Positions 48,866 through 62,641 are shown, numbered from the whole stretch's first letter. The stretch: DNA of 63,007 bases, filler included, from Sphacelaria rigidula (GCA_964200075.2; 11 parts of 11 records of this genome joined end to end with filler, not necessarily neighbours in it); one strand, 5' to 3'. The notes: a model not told the origin generated them from the letters alone. Numbers and translations: made by a program.

Positions 48866-51476
48866 AGGAAGGAACCAACGGCTGTGTAGGCACACTACTG
48901 AAAGACAAGTCTCCGGCAGGGAATTCCCACACCACAGGACAACCCGTGCGACCAAGCATTTCGATTTGCCCAGAAATTCCTTCTACATTAACGGCGGCTT
49001 GGGGTTAATACGTGTGCACAAGGCATGATGATTTTGATAACGTCTACGCTGGTTGTGATCGCACTTTTGTCTAAGAAACGATGTCGAAGCATGTGCAACT
49101 TGTGCGTTGTGTCGGTGTGTACATACCCATCAGCACCACTTTTTGTACGTACCGAGGTGAACTCTGTCTACGTGCGAGTATGAATCTCTAAAGGCATCAC
49201 CATACATATGCGTGCTTGTTCACGTCCCTCCTACATCCACCATTCACGATCTACACCGGCAAACAAGTCTTTTTGGTAGTCCAAGGTGGCCCCATCATGA
49301 GTCATATGCATGCTTGTTCACGCCCAACCTACATTTTATACCCTCCACGACCTACACGGGCCGACACGTCTTCTTGGTAGTGCAAGGTGGCCCCTCCAGC
49401 GCTGAATGCCTTTTATCCTCACCCCGAAAGGTTCTACCACGGGATATTAGCGCAAACGTCATCAGAACGTGTACTCCATATCCCACTGCACAGTAGCGAA
49501 AATGCTCATGTACACGCTACAAGCACACACTGACATGCCACCATACGCCACCGCAATGCAGTGCCATGCGCAGAGTGCACTCTTTATCCTCCGCCCGTTG
49601 GACAATTGTTGTTAGAATATGTTTGAACTGCATTCTGCGATATATACGACTACCCTGTGACCAAGGGTAGACTGTAGGGGATCATTCGACGTTTACCAGC
49701 GAACCTATCAATCAATCGACTAATCAACGAATTCCGCCTACCGTATTGAGAGGTGTGTATAACAGTATTCGGTAGTACTCCAACTTTCAACCAAGCATGC
49801 TTTCGAGGGACTAAAGCAAGCATCACGACGGCACACTACTTTTCCGTGAAAGCTCGGCTGAGGGACCACTTGGAGCGTATGTGCATCTTAATGTAGAAAG
49901 ACTGCTCCCTGGTCGCGTCTGAATCCGATGCATGATAGTTCTGCTACCGTGGCAACAAAGTGCGCAATGCCACCGGGATACTGACCGGAACCAAATAAAC
50001 AGTGCGTCGTAGCTTCAACTTGGGCAACCTCATCGTACGGAGATACAACGTTTTATCCTGGATATATTGACAGTAACTGAGTTAATGGGGTTTGGTGGAT
50101 ATCAGCGGTGCGTTTCAAGCAATTGTATACATTTTACTGGTTATTCATACCTTGCCGTTGGTGGGACGCTTGCAGGTAGAAGCAGCACGTGAACTCAAAC
50201 GAAGTAGAGTGCACGATTCTTTTCTCCCCCATGTCAGTACAACCACCATTTAGAGCGAGGAGCGTCAAAAGTGTGTCGCGTGAGGGAAAGTGCAGCAATT
50301 GATGCACACGACGCTGACGTCTGCAGCTACTCATTGGCAGTTTGGCGCGATGGGGGTGGAAAGTCTCATGCGACGAAATCCGGACTCGACATCGTGATAC
50401 GTGAGAAATGTGCGCTGCCTAATCGTCGCCCTGCCCTGTGGATCACACTGGCCTCAGCTTTGTTTGCCAGCACATTTCCCGACGGAAGCAGCATGAAATT
50501 GCTTGGATGTCTACCGTGCTCTCGATATTAATAGATTGCCCTGTGCCCAGGGCGCTTCCAATTTCAATCTCGGTGGTCTTGGATTGCGGTGGTTAAACCG
50601 GAGTGGTCTCGGCTGAGCCCTTGTTAGAAGTGGCTCTAAAAATGAACTTCTGCCGCACGCACCCGGGGTATGGTAATGTGTCATTGCACGAGAGTGTAAA
50701 GTTGTTTTGAAGCATAAACCGTGTTCGTGTTATCGCCGTCGCCCTACATTAACAAGGGTCCTCAGCAAGCCGGTGCTGAGACGCGAACCCTGTCCCGGCA
50801 AATTCCCGCTATGTCGTCCCGCACTAGGCCCAGCCACTACCGTGCCTGTTTTCAAGTACACGTACACGGCTTGCTTTTCGGTATGCCAAAGACTATAAGT
50901 CACAAACTGCTGTATCTCGGGAAGACAGAAGACAGCGTCAAGCGTCAAGCAGCTGCACGCCGAGCCGAGGGGCCCCATATCGAGAAATGATGGTACCACC
51001 TCCCCCTAGGTCGCCCAAACCTCATTCTGGGGCTGTAGGAGGGGAGGCAGGGGGGAACCCCCGTGTACCCTATTTGAGGACGGGGGGTAGCCCCCTCATG
51101 GATGGATGGTGGCGATAGTAGTTGCTGTGTGTGTCCGCATCGGTCTTATAAATCCATCTACAGTATATAAAATATGCTGCTTTCTGCTGTGTTTGACACT
51201 GCGTACACTACATACCAACCGCAGCGTGACCACTTCGACGGTACTACCTGCTCACTGCACAGTGGCAGGGTGCAGGGTGACAAAGTACATCGCAGAACGT
51301 CACATCCTTAGCGTATCCCTGTCCTGCATTGATTTCGCGCTGTCCTATACAGTTCGCCACATCATGAACGCAGCCGCTTGTACCTGCGGCCAACGTGTAC
51401 GCGGCATATCACCCCTCGCTACGCGCTATATCGCAACGCCACATTTTTTAAAGCTGCCCGTGTTGAAGCTAAAAAC

Positions 51477-51534
51477 AGCCGATCATCTATGTTGAGGATG
51501 GTGCTTTTCATTGAGGATGAGAACCCGGAGGATT
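51477..51534. repeat. Second copy of the AGCCGATCAT...GAGAACCCGGAGGAT repeat end
   Basis: Near-identical to 11319-11375. Confidence 0.8.
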
Positions 51535-51872
51535 NNNNNNNNNNNNNNNNNNNNNNNNNNNNNNNNNNNNNNNNNNNNTTAATTAATTAANNNNNNNNNN
51601 NNNNNNNNNNNNNNNNNNNNNNNNNNNNNNNNNNAGCTGAGGGCGTTCTCGTGAGGAAATGGTTTCTACTATACTGAAACTTCCTCAACTCATGCAAAAA
51701 AAAAAAAATCATCATGTCCCATATTTTTGTTTTACCATGACCCGGCCGGGTTCCACACACAAGTTCGAAACACAAGTACCAAACCTGGGCCGACAAGTGG
51801 CTTGCAAAATAATATTCCGAATCCCGACCGGCCCGGTCTCTAAATCACCCCACCCCGCCCCCAGTCCCTTTT

Positions 51873-52097
51873 GAGAGTTGGACTTTCAAATTTGACACGA
51901 AGAATGAATAGGGCATAGTAAAAACATCTTTCTCGGGACTCTGATTTCCCCCCCCCCATGAGTTAACGGCATCTTGCTGAAAACTGGATACTGATTATTG
52001 CCGTTAACTCATGAAAAAAGAAAACTCACAGTCCCGAAGGACCTTGTTTCATCATGACCTTTTCATTCTCCGTACCAAATTAAAAAACCCAACTCTC
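51873..52097. mobile_element. Palindromic MITE related to 22546-22814
   Basis: GAGAGTTGG...AAATTTG...CATGAGTTAACGGCA / TGCCGTTAACTCATG...CCAAATT...CCAACTCTC. Confidence 0.65.
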
Positions 52098-52539
52098 GAA
52101 ATTGACGGGAGGCGGGGCCTGCTAGAAATTCGCGTACAGGCTAGACCAACTCGTATATCTGTTCGGGGTCATCCCCGATGTGACCGATACCTTCAGCATG
52201 GGGTAGTTGTTGTGGTCGGTCTGCTGATCATCACGTACGACCCCAACGACCAGCTTCAATCAGATTGCGTGAACGAAACACCAACCACTGACTGTACTCC
52301 TCAATAGTCAAAAACAGCAAGTTGCATGTTTTTTTTTCCCGGTGACTGCTCGGAGCAAAATCACACATGTACCGAACAACCCACCAAATAACAAAAAGCG
52401 ATTCATCCGTTCACTTTGTTTATAAAGCTACTTCAGCTGTACAACAGAGGAGGGAAAAGACGACACACTGCCCCCGAATGACGCAACGAGGTTGAAAGAA
52501 CAAGAACAAAACAAGGACAAAAACAGCCGGAGTACCCAC

Positions 52540-55500
52540 CTGTATAGCTGTCTGATACATATCGAGGTGCATGCCGCCAGCAACCACTTCGCTCACTCCC
52601 AGGCGTCTCCTTGTGCGCATCAACATATCTCCCGAGAAGCTTTCCGGCCGAGACACCACATCGTCAAGGACGGTCTTCAAAACAGCACACATGCCAGAAA
52701 AACACAGAAACATAAAACAACGGCCAGTAGAGAGAAATGAACACATGAACGCAACGCGACAAGCAATCGGAACATCAGAACGAGTGGTGATCGAAATCAT
52801 GAGCATTCCCAACAAAACATAACACCATGAAACGGTACGCCAGCAAGAAAAGCAAAACATGTCCTACTTTTTCTTTTTTTCCTCACACTTTGAACCCCTC
52901 TCCTTCCTCGGGATGAGTCCGTCGTCTCAAGGGATCAGCCCATCTCTCCCCCGGTACATTGCCACTAAATCCTACTGCTACCCCCACTCTTGTCACTACC
53001 AATACCCAGTACCACAGCTTATTGCCGCCCTCTCGATAGCATGAAACACACTCAGATCCACGAACAAGAACATTACCTGGTAAAATGGGGCGGCGTAGTG
53101 GGTCACTTTGCGCAGAAGTTCCACCTGAAAAAATACGGCCACAAAATTCAATTGCGAGGAGAGTCCAGCGGGAAGGGACAGAGGCAAAACAAAACGCCGT
53201 GTTGACTTTATTGACCGATGACTACGAACATGGTGGCATGCGCAAGTCTAGTATATTTGTACACTAGTGACTTTTTTTTCATGTTCCTTTTTTTGTTCAG
53301 AGCGTGTTTGAGTTTGGTTTTTGTTGGGTACGTCCATCATGAGACCACGGCTGGACCCCTGGGGGGTCACTTAAAGTGCGACAATCAATCGATCAACCCA
53401 ATGATCCTTTTAGTGCCCATTCAACCCCCACACCCCTCCCTCTCTTAGTTCCGCCATTTGAAGCCCCCATTACACACACCAACACGAAATCTCGTCTTCA
53501 ACTCTCGTCTTCACCGTTTGCTCTCCATGGTCATATCTCCAATAAAAACAAGCACTTCTCTATTGTTTCCCGTGGCCACATCTCCAGTGTAAACAAGCGA
53601 CCCTCTCTGTCTCTCCCTCGCTCCCCTCCTCTCTCTCCCAACACACACGGCAATGTACTACATGCCCGACGAAACTACTGCCCGTAACCCAGGCATCATC
53701 AGGATTTCTCGGGTACGCTTGCGCGAAAAAAAAAACGCTACCAAAAATTCATGAAAGGCACGGGCGACAATTTGCAGTACATCACACACCGTGCTGCTGG
53801 TTCGAGCGTAATTTAGCTGTGCCTAAAATACCTGCCAGTTGATGTTTCTCCGGTACATCGGACACAAAAACGGGTGACGGGAGACGGGAGCAAGTAAAAT
53901 AGTAGTTGCCCAGAGAGTGCAACATCACACCTCGGTACGCACCAACACACCTGAGTCATGCCACCCAGCTGACGGCGAAGCTGTAAGCACTGGTCCAAGT
54001 ATCGCGAGTCGGTCGTCCCCTCTTGATAGAACATACGCTCCGACAGGAAAATCGTCTTGTCCATGGACACAGCTGGCCCGACAGAGCTCATGATGTCCGC
54101 GATCACCTACGCGCGCGGGCGCGTGACGAACAGGGGGAGGCGGCGAGAGGAGGGGGGTGATCCGCGGCAACGCAATGCAGGCAGAGGAGGTGCGTCAAAC
54201 TCTATATGATTACGGCATGATGCAAGATCATGAGTACACCCCCCTCTAATCCCCAGGATGCGCCCGAAATCTCAAGGCACTAGTTGATCTCATCCCCGGT
54301 ACTACTCATTTGCCGGGCACTTTGCAGTCGAACATCGGATCAGCCTTTCCGCGCGCCCTTGACTTCTCCACCGGATGTTACATGTTTCTTTGCTAACTCG
54401 TGTTCTCACGTTATCAGACAACGGAAACCACGAGAGAGTATATACTACACATATCTACTGTTGGGATTTGAACACCTGAATCCACTCCGAGCTAGTCTTC
54501 ATGTACCACTTCAACCACCACCGGAGCGCGGCTCGGAGAGCGCACGAGTAACGATCACCATAGGATTCACGCTCCTCGCACGCGTTCCCATCCATACAAA
54601 AGGGAGAGCATTGCGAGGTCAAGGACGAGAGCATCTATTTTTCAAAGTTAGAACACGAACCTGCTGGTGACAGGCGGCAACGTCAGCGGCACTGAGTCCC
54701 AGAGTGTCCTTGAGGGTAATCAGGCGCGTCAAATCATCCACGTCAGAGCGATGGTTTGCGACGGTATCCTTGAGCACGGAAGAGTAAATCAGGTTCCCTG
54801 AGTTCCAGAGTTCGGGCTCCTTGACGAAATACTTCTCTCCCAGCTCCACCAGCTGCGCCGTAACGGAAAGGTATGCGGAGGTCCAGGAGCGGGGGGGGGG
54901 GGAGTCATGTGAACGCGTGTAGGGGGTTTGAGGATTCGTGGTGCGTACAAACGGCAACATGTCGAAACCACGGTGAAACAGCATGGCCACTACTATATCT
55001 ACTACGACGATGACGACGACAACAATGATAACTACCCTGCTTCTATAATTGTTACTACCATGACTTTACTACTATTACTACTGCTACTGCTATTACTACT
55101 GCTGCTGCTACTACTACTGCTACAGCAGCAACAATAACCACCACTACTGCTACTATTCCTGCCGCAACTACCATCACTGCTGCTGCTACTCCTACTGCTA
55201 CCACCACCACTACCACTACCACTTCTAGTGCTACTAGTACTGCGACGAAAACGACAACCACGACTGCGAATACATGCGTCATATGCCGCTGAGGTACTGA
55301 CTTCATGAGGCTACAGTGCCAGAAAAAACTCTCCATGCCACGTTTTGCTACCTCCACGTCGACCGGCACCACCAGCAGCAACAACAGTCACAGCGCAGCA
55401 GTAGCGTACCTGATCCCGGGTAACCACCCCAGGGCCTTCGCTCCTCACCAGCTCTAGCAACGCCTGCGGCGCCTGACGCTTGCGCGTAACGACGGCCGCT

Positions 55501-55724
55501 TGCCTCACAACATTCGCTGCGATGCCAAGCACCACCGCCCCCGCGATCCTCGCCGCTTTGTACCGCGACGGCGTCAGGGAAAAACCGAATAACGCCGCCA
55601 GAGGTACGATGCCGTTTGCGGCCGCTCGCCAAGCGAGGCCCGGCGGATGATTACTGGTGTGGACGCCAGTGTGCCGGCGATCGTTGATGTTTCGCCAGGT
55701 GGTCAGCAGCTTGCTGGACCGTGA
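52540..55724 (-). CDS. TIC110: Tic110-like plastid inner-envelope protein, exons 55410-55724, 54661-54852, 53951-54106, 53077-53124, 52540-52674 (partial)
   Basis: All four introns are phase-0 GT-AG. The product has two N-terminal hydrophobic segments (IVPLAALFGFSLTP; IAGAVVLGIAA), then GPGVVTRDQLVELGEKY...IYSSVL...LITLKDTLGLSAADVAACH...DKTIFLSERMF...AAPFYQ...LGVSEVVAGGMH, resembling the Tic110 N-terminal region as I recall it. The gene structure is firmer than the family call. Confidence 0.65.
52868..52953 (-). mobile_element. 3' fragment of SINE family 2 in an intron
   Basis: Minus strand GAGAGATGGGCTGATCCCTTGAGACGACGGACTCATCCCGAGGAAGG...AAAGTGTGAGG plus A-rich tail. Confidence 0.7.
54990..55266. 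repeat. Compound trinucleotide microsatellite (CTA/CTG/CCA/ACG) in an intron
   Basis: Read directly. Confidence 0.9.
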
Positions 55725-55907
55725 CTTTCAATGACGAAAAGTCAAGTGTCGATCGCGGTAGTGGTGGCGGGTAGGGGGGGGGGGGGGGGGGGGGGTGGGA
55801 TGAGGATGGCACCGAGGCCCGGAAGGATAATATTTTTTCGGTTGGCGACGAAGCCTTTNNNNNNNNNNCGTGTGTGGGGGGGGTGTTTAAGAGAGAAAAA
55901 GTGGAGT

Positions 55908-55952
<45 letters not shown>

Positions 55953-56264
55953 GGAGGTGGGATTGTGCATGCACGGAAGCACGGATCGACAATATTTTTA
56001 GGATAGCCGACAATACCTTTGCCGTGGCTTCAGACGGCAATTTAATTTCCTCTGAACAAGTTATATTAATACAAATTTCTATTTCTCATACGTTGCCAGT
56101 ACCAGTACTGACGTATAATAGGTCGGGGTCGGAGACGCCTGTGTATTTAAGGAAACGCCTGGTACAAAACGAGTTTCCTTTTATAAAAATGCGTAAATCT
56201 GTATCGAACTTCGAGAGTTACGGAAAGAGAACCTTTCGTAAAACACAACGTGGTGTAGCTGCAC

Positions 56265-56620
56265 TGTGTGTGTGGTCATCCCATCTATTCTGGACGCCAT
56301 TATACATCGTTCGGCATATGTGGGTGCATCAGCCGGGGTCGCACGGGAGGAAGGCCAACACAGGAGTTCTTCCTTTTAATTTTGTTTTAGTACCCCACTT
56401 CCCTTCTGCGGTGCTTGCCTTTTATTATCACGTGAGGCTGTTCGTTCCCTTTCCCTCGTCGACCATGAAGTCGAGTTTCATGTACCAACGGCAAAGGCAC
56501 TCTCCACTGTTGGGCATGATGTGAAAAAAAAAAAAATCGTGTAACTTCACCGAGATTCAAACCCAAGATCCAACAGTCAGAGGGTTTCGAGGTTACTAAC
56601 TGAGCCACCGGGGCAACCGG
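56265..56620 (-). mobile_element. tRNA-derived SINE family 1
   Basis: Minus strand head GCCCCGGTGGCTCAGTTAG...GGTTTGAATC, family body and short (CA)n tail. Confidence 0.8.
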
Positions 56621-57452
56621 TTATGGAGTGCAGGATTTAGAGCTCGCCGTCCGTTATATACTAGAAGTAGCAAGTTGGTAGATTACTCTGGGAATGTATA
56701 TCCATAATAAAGGCAAGAACGTGTGAGTGTGTGCGTCGAATCCCGATGCCCAGCGTCCGTATTCACCAGCACTGTTCAATTGTTCCCAAATACCTTGTAG
56801 ATGAATAGGTATACTAGTCGAAAGCTATAGCCACGTTAGCAGAGTGCTGTGTTACTCACACCACCTACACTTGACAGCAAAACGTATACGGACTGTACTG
56901 TACAGTATTTGAACTATTCAACACCTCATGTGCCCCCACGATGATTGCGGCCCGCTCAACTGTTGGCGCTTTGTGTGTCTTCTGAACGTGTTATCAAAAG
57001 CTGCTTGAACTATGTATAGGGTATAAGTGTTCGCAATGAATCATCACACTACGCAACGATTGAAACAAAAAGGATTGATAGGAACATGTGAGTAGAGTAC
57101 GCTACATACCAAGGAAGCCCCCCAACTAGTATGTCTGTACGACCGTTAGGTCGTACCAAGAACTAGCTGGAGTTAGTTAAAAAGGGGGGGGGGGGGGGGG
57201 GGGTATGTTTTTTTTTTTTTTCTGGTGTTTTGTGGGGAAGGGAGGGGGGCGGTGGGGCGGGGAGGGGACTGNNNNNNNNNNNNNNNNNNNNNNNNNNNNN
57301 NNNNNNNNNNNNNNNTTAATTAATTAANNNNNNNNNNNNNNNNNNNNNNNNNNNNNNNNNNNNNNNNNNNNCACTTGAAGAAAAAAACGACCGAAAAAAC
57401 CGAGTCGGTTTTCGGTTCACAACACTGCCGGTCTCACAGGGGTTAATTTTTT

Positions 57453-57711
57453 CCAGAACGAGCAATGACTCGAGTGCTCGCCCTATAACTTTGTGTCCTC
57501 AACGAGCAGTGACTCGAGTGCTCACCACATCATTTTTTCCACAACGAGCAATGACTCGAGTGCTAGCCCTATTAGTGTGTTTCCACAACGAGCAATGACT
57601 CGAGTGCTCGCCCCATTATTTTTTCCCACAGCGATCAATGACTCGAGTGCTCGCCCTATCATTTTTTTCCACAACGAGCAATGACTCGAGTGCTTGCCCT
57701 ATTAATTTTTA
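57453..57711 (+). repeat. Six ~43-bp tandem repeats with core AACGAGCAATGACTCGAGTGCTCGCCC
   Basis: Six consecutive units with a conserved ~27-bp core and T-rich ~15-bp linkers. Confidence 0.92.
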
Positions 57712-58177
57712 CGGCCAACGAGCAGCCCGACGAGTGCGAGTGCCACGAGTCACACTCGCGCTCGTCCAACGTGCGATATCTTTGTGCTGCTGCTGCTGTC
57801 CTATTTGACATGGGCTACGGCCGCTTCATACATTCAAGACATGTACACAACCATGGTCTCTTTGACACGGGTCTAGGGCAAATATGCAACATACGTACAA
57901 TGAAAACAGAGTGGCGATGTTGTTGCTTTACGATACTCTGAGCATCCTCCTGGTAAAAGTCGGTACTGTTTGGAGCGAGATGGGCTAATACCCCTTGAAA
58001 ACGACACCACTTGGAAATAGTATCGGGCGCGCCTTCGGGCGCTCAGAACGTTTTCAGGCATTTCAACTTTCGAAACAAAACTACTTGAAATAAATATGAT
58101 TTGCCTTGGGGCGCTGAAAGCTTACAGGCACGTCTCGGGCATTTTTTCAGGAAAATGCCTTGACTAGATGGGCATGT

Positions 58178-58290
58178 TTAACCCTTCGACGGCCGTGCGG
58201 GTAGTCCATCTGGATTAGGCATACTTATTTCAAGTGAAAATTGATGCCGATTCAGCAGGTGATCTACCCTCCTCGCGGTCTAAGGGTTAA
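58178..58290. mobile_element. piggyBac-like MITE (113 bp including both TTAA)
   Basis: TTAA|CCCTTCGAC...GTCTAAGGG|TTAA; homologous to the units at 665-880. Confidence 0.8.
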
Positions 58291-59742
58291 GGCGCGTTTA
58301 GGCAGTTGCAGGCATATTCTTGGAAAAAAAAAAAACTGACTACAAATTATCGCCCCATCTCCACGTGCCTGAAAGGGCCTGCGGCGTGCTTCAAAGGCTG
58401 AGTAGGGCCCAGGAGGACGAGAAGGTACCCAGAAAATGAAAACAAATATTGACAGAAACACACCCACCATACAGCATGGAACATCGCTTACATTGCCGGT
58501 ATGACAAGACAGGGGCATTGTATCAGTTCCCGTGCTACTCTCCCCTTCCGCTCTCGTCCCTATTGATGCAGATCATATTCGAAGCAATTGTTGCGTGGCA
58601 TCCGCACACATAATTTGACAAGAAAAAACCCGATGTAGGTGCGACGACGGTCGCTTCCCCCCTCGCCTGGGCGCAAATTTGCGAATGTTTTTACGGTTAG
58701 GACGAATCATCACGACGAAGAATCACCAAATCCACGATTTCTTCGGCCTGATTGCCCCAAAGGGGGAAAAAGTTGACCGCTGGTCCAAGGAGTATCCACG
58801 CAACTTTTGCGCCATTCCACATGTCTGGGCTACGTGTACCTGGGTTGCAACGCTGAAAACAAAGCCTGGGGATTGATTCGTACGAGTCGAATCAGTTATA
58901 CTAAAACCAAGTAATTTCTAGACGAGTAATAATTTGTCCGACCCTTGAATGGTTTGCATTGCTATGGCGGTGTCGCAGCAGTGTAGTTGACCGCCAGGTC
59001 TTGACCGTTTTTGACCAAACTATTCAGGGCGACAGAGGTCGCAGCAGAGTAGATCCATGCTTCATGACAACACGTTCATATGTGACGAGCCTTTGCTATG
59101 CGAATGGAACAACCAGTGGAACTGTGAAACATGAATTCAGCTGACATAAACAAACGCGCAGATGTGATCACTCGCATGTGTGCGGCGATTGTGCTGTTTT
59201 TGTAGGCATGTCTGTAAGTCTCCTCTTCCAGAGATGGACCGAGATGAAAAGTGTGTCACTTTCGAAATTGAATCATTCAGTCATTACCGTTGGTGGTAGA
59301 CTGCCGTCCCGTAGAAGTTCTCGGATTACACCCAACGCCACGAATATAAGGATTCCGCGCCTTTTGTCGCTGCATCTCTCTCCCGCTCGTATCTGACTCT
59401 ATTTGCCCTCCAGCCTAAGTCCCGTTCAATCGCGATCGTTAAGCGTGTTTTAAAATTTCACGACAAGTCAGAGTCATTGTCTATTGTCTGAACAATGGCC
59501 CCTTTCTTATAAATTGGATAATGATTGAAAAAACGTCAGTCGAAGTATGGCAGGCTTGTTCAGACCGGTTTTACGCTGCTGGAGGTTGTACTAGAATAAG
59601 CTACACAGAACAACCGCCGAATAACACCCAGGCACAAGCAGCGATCAAAAGCCCCTTGTGTTTGCGTCGAAAGCCAACAACAACAGGAACGACACCTCTA
59701 CTCGAGTCACCACCAACTTTGTGCATCAACCTGTTTCAACAG

Positions 59743-60221
59743 AGATTGAACGCACAAGAAAGTCTGAAGGTCATCAAAACCGAACAATCAAAACGGGTAG
59801 GTGACATTCAGCAAGGACACCGAGCTCGGACTGACTGTTACATTCGCTCAATAACACCCCTGACATACCAACGGCCAACATCACCACCGCCAACATGCTG
59901 GCCGCGGGTGCTACAGTACCGCGAATGCACAACAGTGGAGAAGGCATCGAAGATGACGGAAATGATGCTACCATGCCACCTCACAGCTGGTCGAGCATCA
60001 ACCCCGAGAAATTTCTGGTTCGACAAGGGCCGGACTACGCCGTCCGCAAGCAGAAGGCGCGTTCTGTCGGACCTTCTTTGTTTCGTCTTCATGCGGTGGA
60101 CTGGTATAAGGCGGGGAAGCGATTGGCAAAAGCAGGCGGTTTGGTGCAGCTGCCCAAGGCGGAATTCAGTCACCCTCTCGTGCCCTCGTTGCTAATCGTG
60201 AATGTGCAGCTTCCCCTGGAG
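59743..60221 (+). CDS. EDR2 C-terminal (DUF1336)-like domain protein, partial; exons 59743-59796 (tentative) and 59917-60221
   Basis: PPHSWSSINPEKFLVRQGPDYAVRKQKARSVGPSLFRLHAVDWYK...PSLLIVNVQLP matches the start of DUF1336 (W....F.VRG..Y....K..S...L..L..VD; .VN.Q.P). Donor GAG|GTGAGC at 60221/60222. Confidence 0.78.
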
Positions 60222-62395
60222 GTGAGCGACTCGTTAGTTTTAGGTGGAAAAAAAGATTTTGTGAGACTTCTGCTGGTATTGGATACATTTGTGTTGAGGT
60301 ATACGGAATATATAGTATACCTCAATGCCCCCCCGCCCGAGTGCGTTCTTCAGTGCCGTGTGAAAGATGTGCACGCACATGGTCCAATTACGGTGCTACT
60401 CCCATGCCGAGAAGAAGTGTTGGTCTGTGCGTGTGCCCGTGGCACTATGTTGCTACAGAGGTGTCTAGATCTTCTCCTTGATTCGAAGCAATGCAAACTG
60501 CTGCTGCTGCTGACAAAATCAAGACTACACTATTACATCGCGTTCAGTGTCAGCTTCAGCTTTTCCACCCCCGAGTCAACTGGATGATCGAAAGCCCCGA
60601 AAGTCGCGTATACCCGACCGACTCAACCGGCACCTCAACTGGTCCCGACGTGCTGATGGCACAACGGCGTGCTGCAATGTCTAAATATTGTTGATGCCGC
60701 CACTGCTTCTAGTTCATAGAGTAGTCATTGCTTGCAATGGATCGACTGCCCCACTTCCGAGGTATCGTCACCATCTTGAACCCTGAGCACTCGCAGATAA
60801 ACATCTTCGTCGGATTTTCACTTGCAAACTAAAAATGATGCCGATTCAGCACACGGACAGCCCTGCCTGGATGCTGATCGTCAGGGTTGGTTAGCCATCT
60901 GGGTCTTCGATATAGCTTTCATTAAGTCGAGAGAACCACATGACCTACCCCAGCGGCCAACCCCTCGGACGACGCAGCGTGTAAGGTCTTTCTTCGCTGC
61001 ACGAACAGTCGTTCACCAAACGCTATACACAGGTGGTACAAACTGATACCTGAGATAAAATGTCCTCAACTTCGCTGTCCAACAATGGAAGTGTTGAAGG
61101 AAAAAAATACCCGTCCCACTATTCTGCTCTGGGGACCGGCAATTTTCACGTGGCACTGCACGGGACATGTGTCCCAACACATCACACTGCGTAGCACCGA
61201 CAGCTCAAACACGTACAAACGCACAATCAGTGGCTACTCCAGTCGTTTTCACGCTGTCCATGATTGTTGGCGCCGTATTGTGCGTTTGTGTTCAGTCTTG
61301 TTGCGTAGAGACATGACTGGCATATCACACCAGTATACAGACAATACACAAAACATCATGAGTATATAACTGACGTCGGCACGGTATGGAGAAAAACCGG
61401 CGCAAGCTTGGTACAAGTACAGTACCTGAAAGTGTCGAGCTGGCTATGGCAGAAATTCGCACACACAAATGTTGACGTGACAGCAAATACACAGCTTTTC
61501 TGAAGTGCCGTCTACTGAGTAGCTCTAACGAAACACGGGGGGGACAGCACTTCCGATCATCTCTTGCGATATGATGATCGAATGTGGAGGTCACTTCTTG
61601 TCCTGGACATTTCTGTCGCGGACGAAAGTGTATGTGCGCACGAAATTGCATCCCCTTCCGTTCTGGATATAATCGCCTCATCATGTGATGTTGTCACCAC
61701 TCTTAGGATGTAGGATGATGACTCATGATTCACACGGGTCGAGTTCTTATTAGACGTGTCTCAAACTCGAGATTCCGGGTATATATCCCACAGTAATTTA
61801 CGGTCAAATGTACCAGGAAACTCGAGTTTGAGATGCCTCTGTCACTGCCGACGGGGAATCATGTGCCAAAGAGGAGTTGCGTACGAGTCCAAAGCGCATA
61901 ACTCTAGCTGCTAGAGTCATACCCTTTGTACGAGTCATTGATGGCCGAGTATGAAATGTACGTCTGAGCAAGTATAATATGAACGACGAGCGTTATTGGG
62001 TACTATGTCCGTCCCCAGCAGTGTACGTAGTACGAATATCGAGTTCACAGTGTCTAACTATTAATCGCTTGGACTACGAGCGTCGCCTCTGAACGCCTTC
62101 ACTGATTGGCAGTTCAGGGACATCCGGGGGTTTCCAGGGGGAGGGGCGATGGTTTCTGACAGGGGGCAGGGGGACTGTCCGCAGAGCAGCCGAAAAGCTC
62201 ACTGAGTCAAATCATGTGTGTTGGGAAGTTTCCCAGGGAAATTTTAAGCGAGGAACGGGACGCGAGAGGAGCGGAGTGCCCATTTTACAATTTTCAGAGC
62301 TGTGATAGGTCATAATGGTCAGATGCCAGGCCCAGATGAACCAGAGATGATCTACCTCGCAATCTACCTGCATTTACCATTTTGTTCATGACCAT

Positions 62396-62641
62396 TTAAC
62401 CCTTAGACAGCGACCCCCCCGCTGGTGGACTGAGGTAGACACTACACTTTTTGGGTTCAGAATCATTCCTTTGTCACAACTCAAAACGCCTACTCTACGG
62501 CGGAAGGGACCGGGAGTGCATTAGAGGCACATAGTTGTGGGAGTAATAACACAGACGGTGGTGTGCTTGTCGACCACCTGATTACTACGCCTCATGTTTT
62601 TGCTGTGCAGTCTGTAGCGTATCGTGCCGCGGCTGCACGTG
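62396..62641 (+). mobile_element. Terminus of a piggyBac-like element, second copy
   Basis: TTAA|CCCTTAGACAGCGACC...; homologous to 17213-17457 in the opposite orientation and may extend further right. Confidence 0.7.

Noticed and set aside
50721..50990. AP2-like or GIY-YIG-like fragment (HKLLYLGKTED)
   Set aside because: Only a 3-4 residue resemblance; other conserved positions are missing.
57453..57711. CRISPR array
   Set aside because: Linkers are only ~15 bp and resemble each other, no cas genes are present and the context is eukaryotic.
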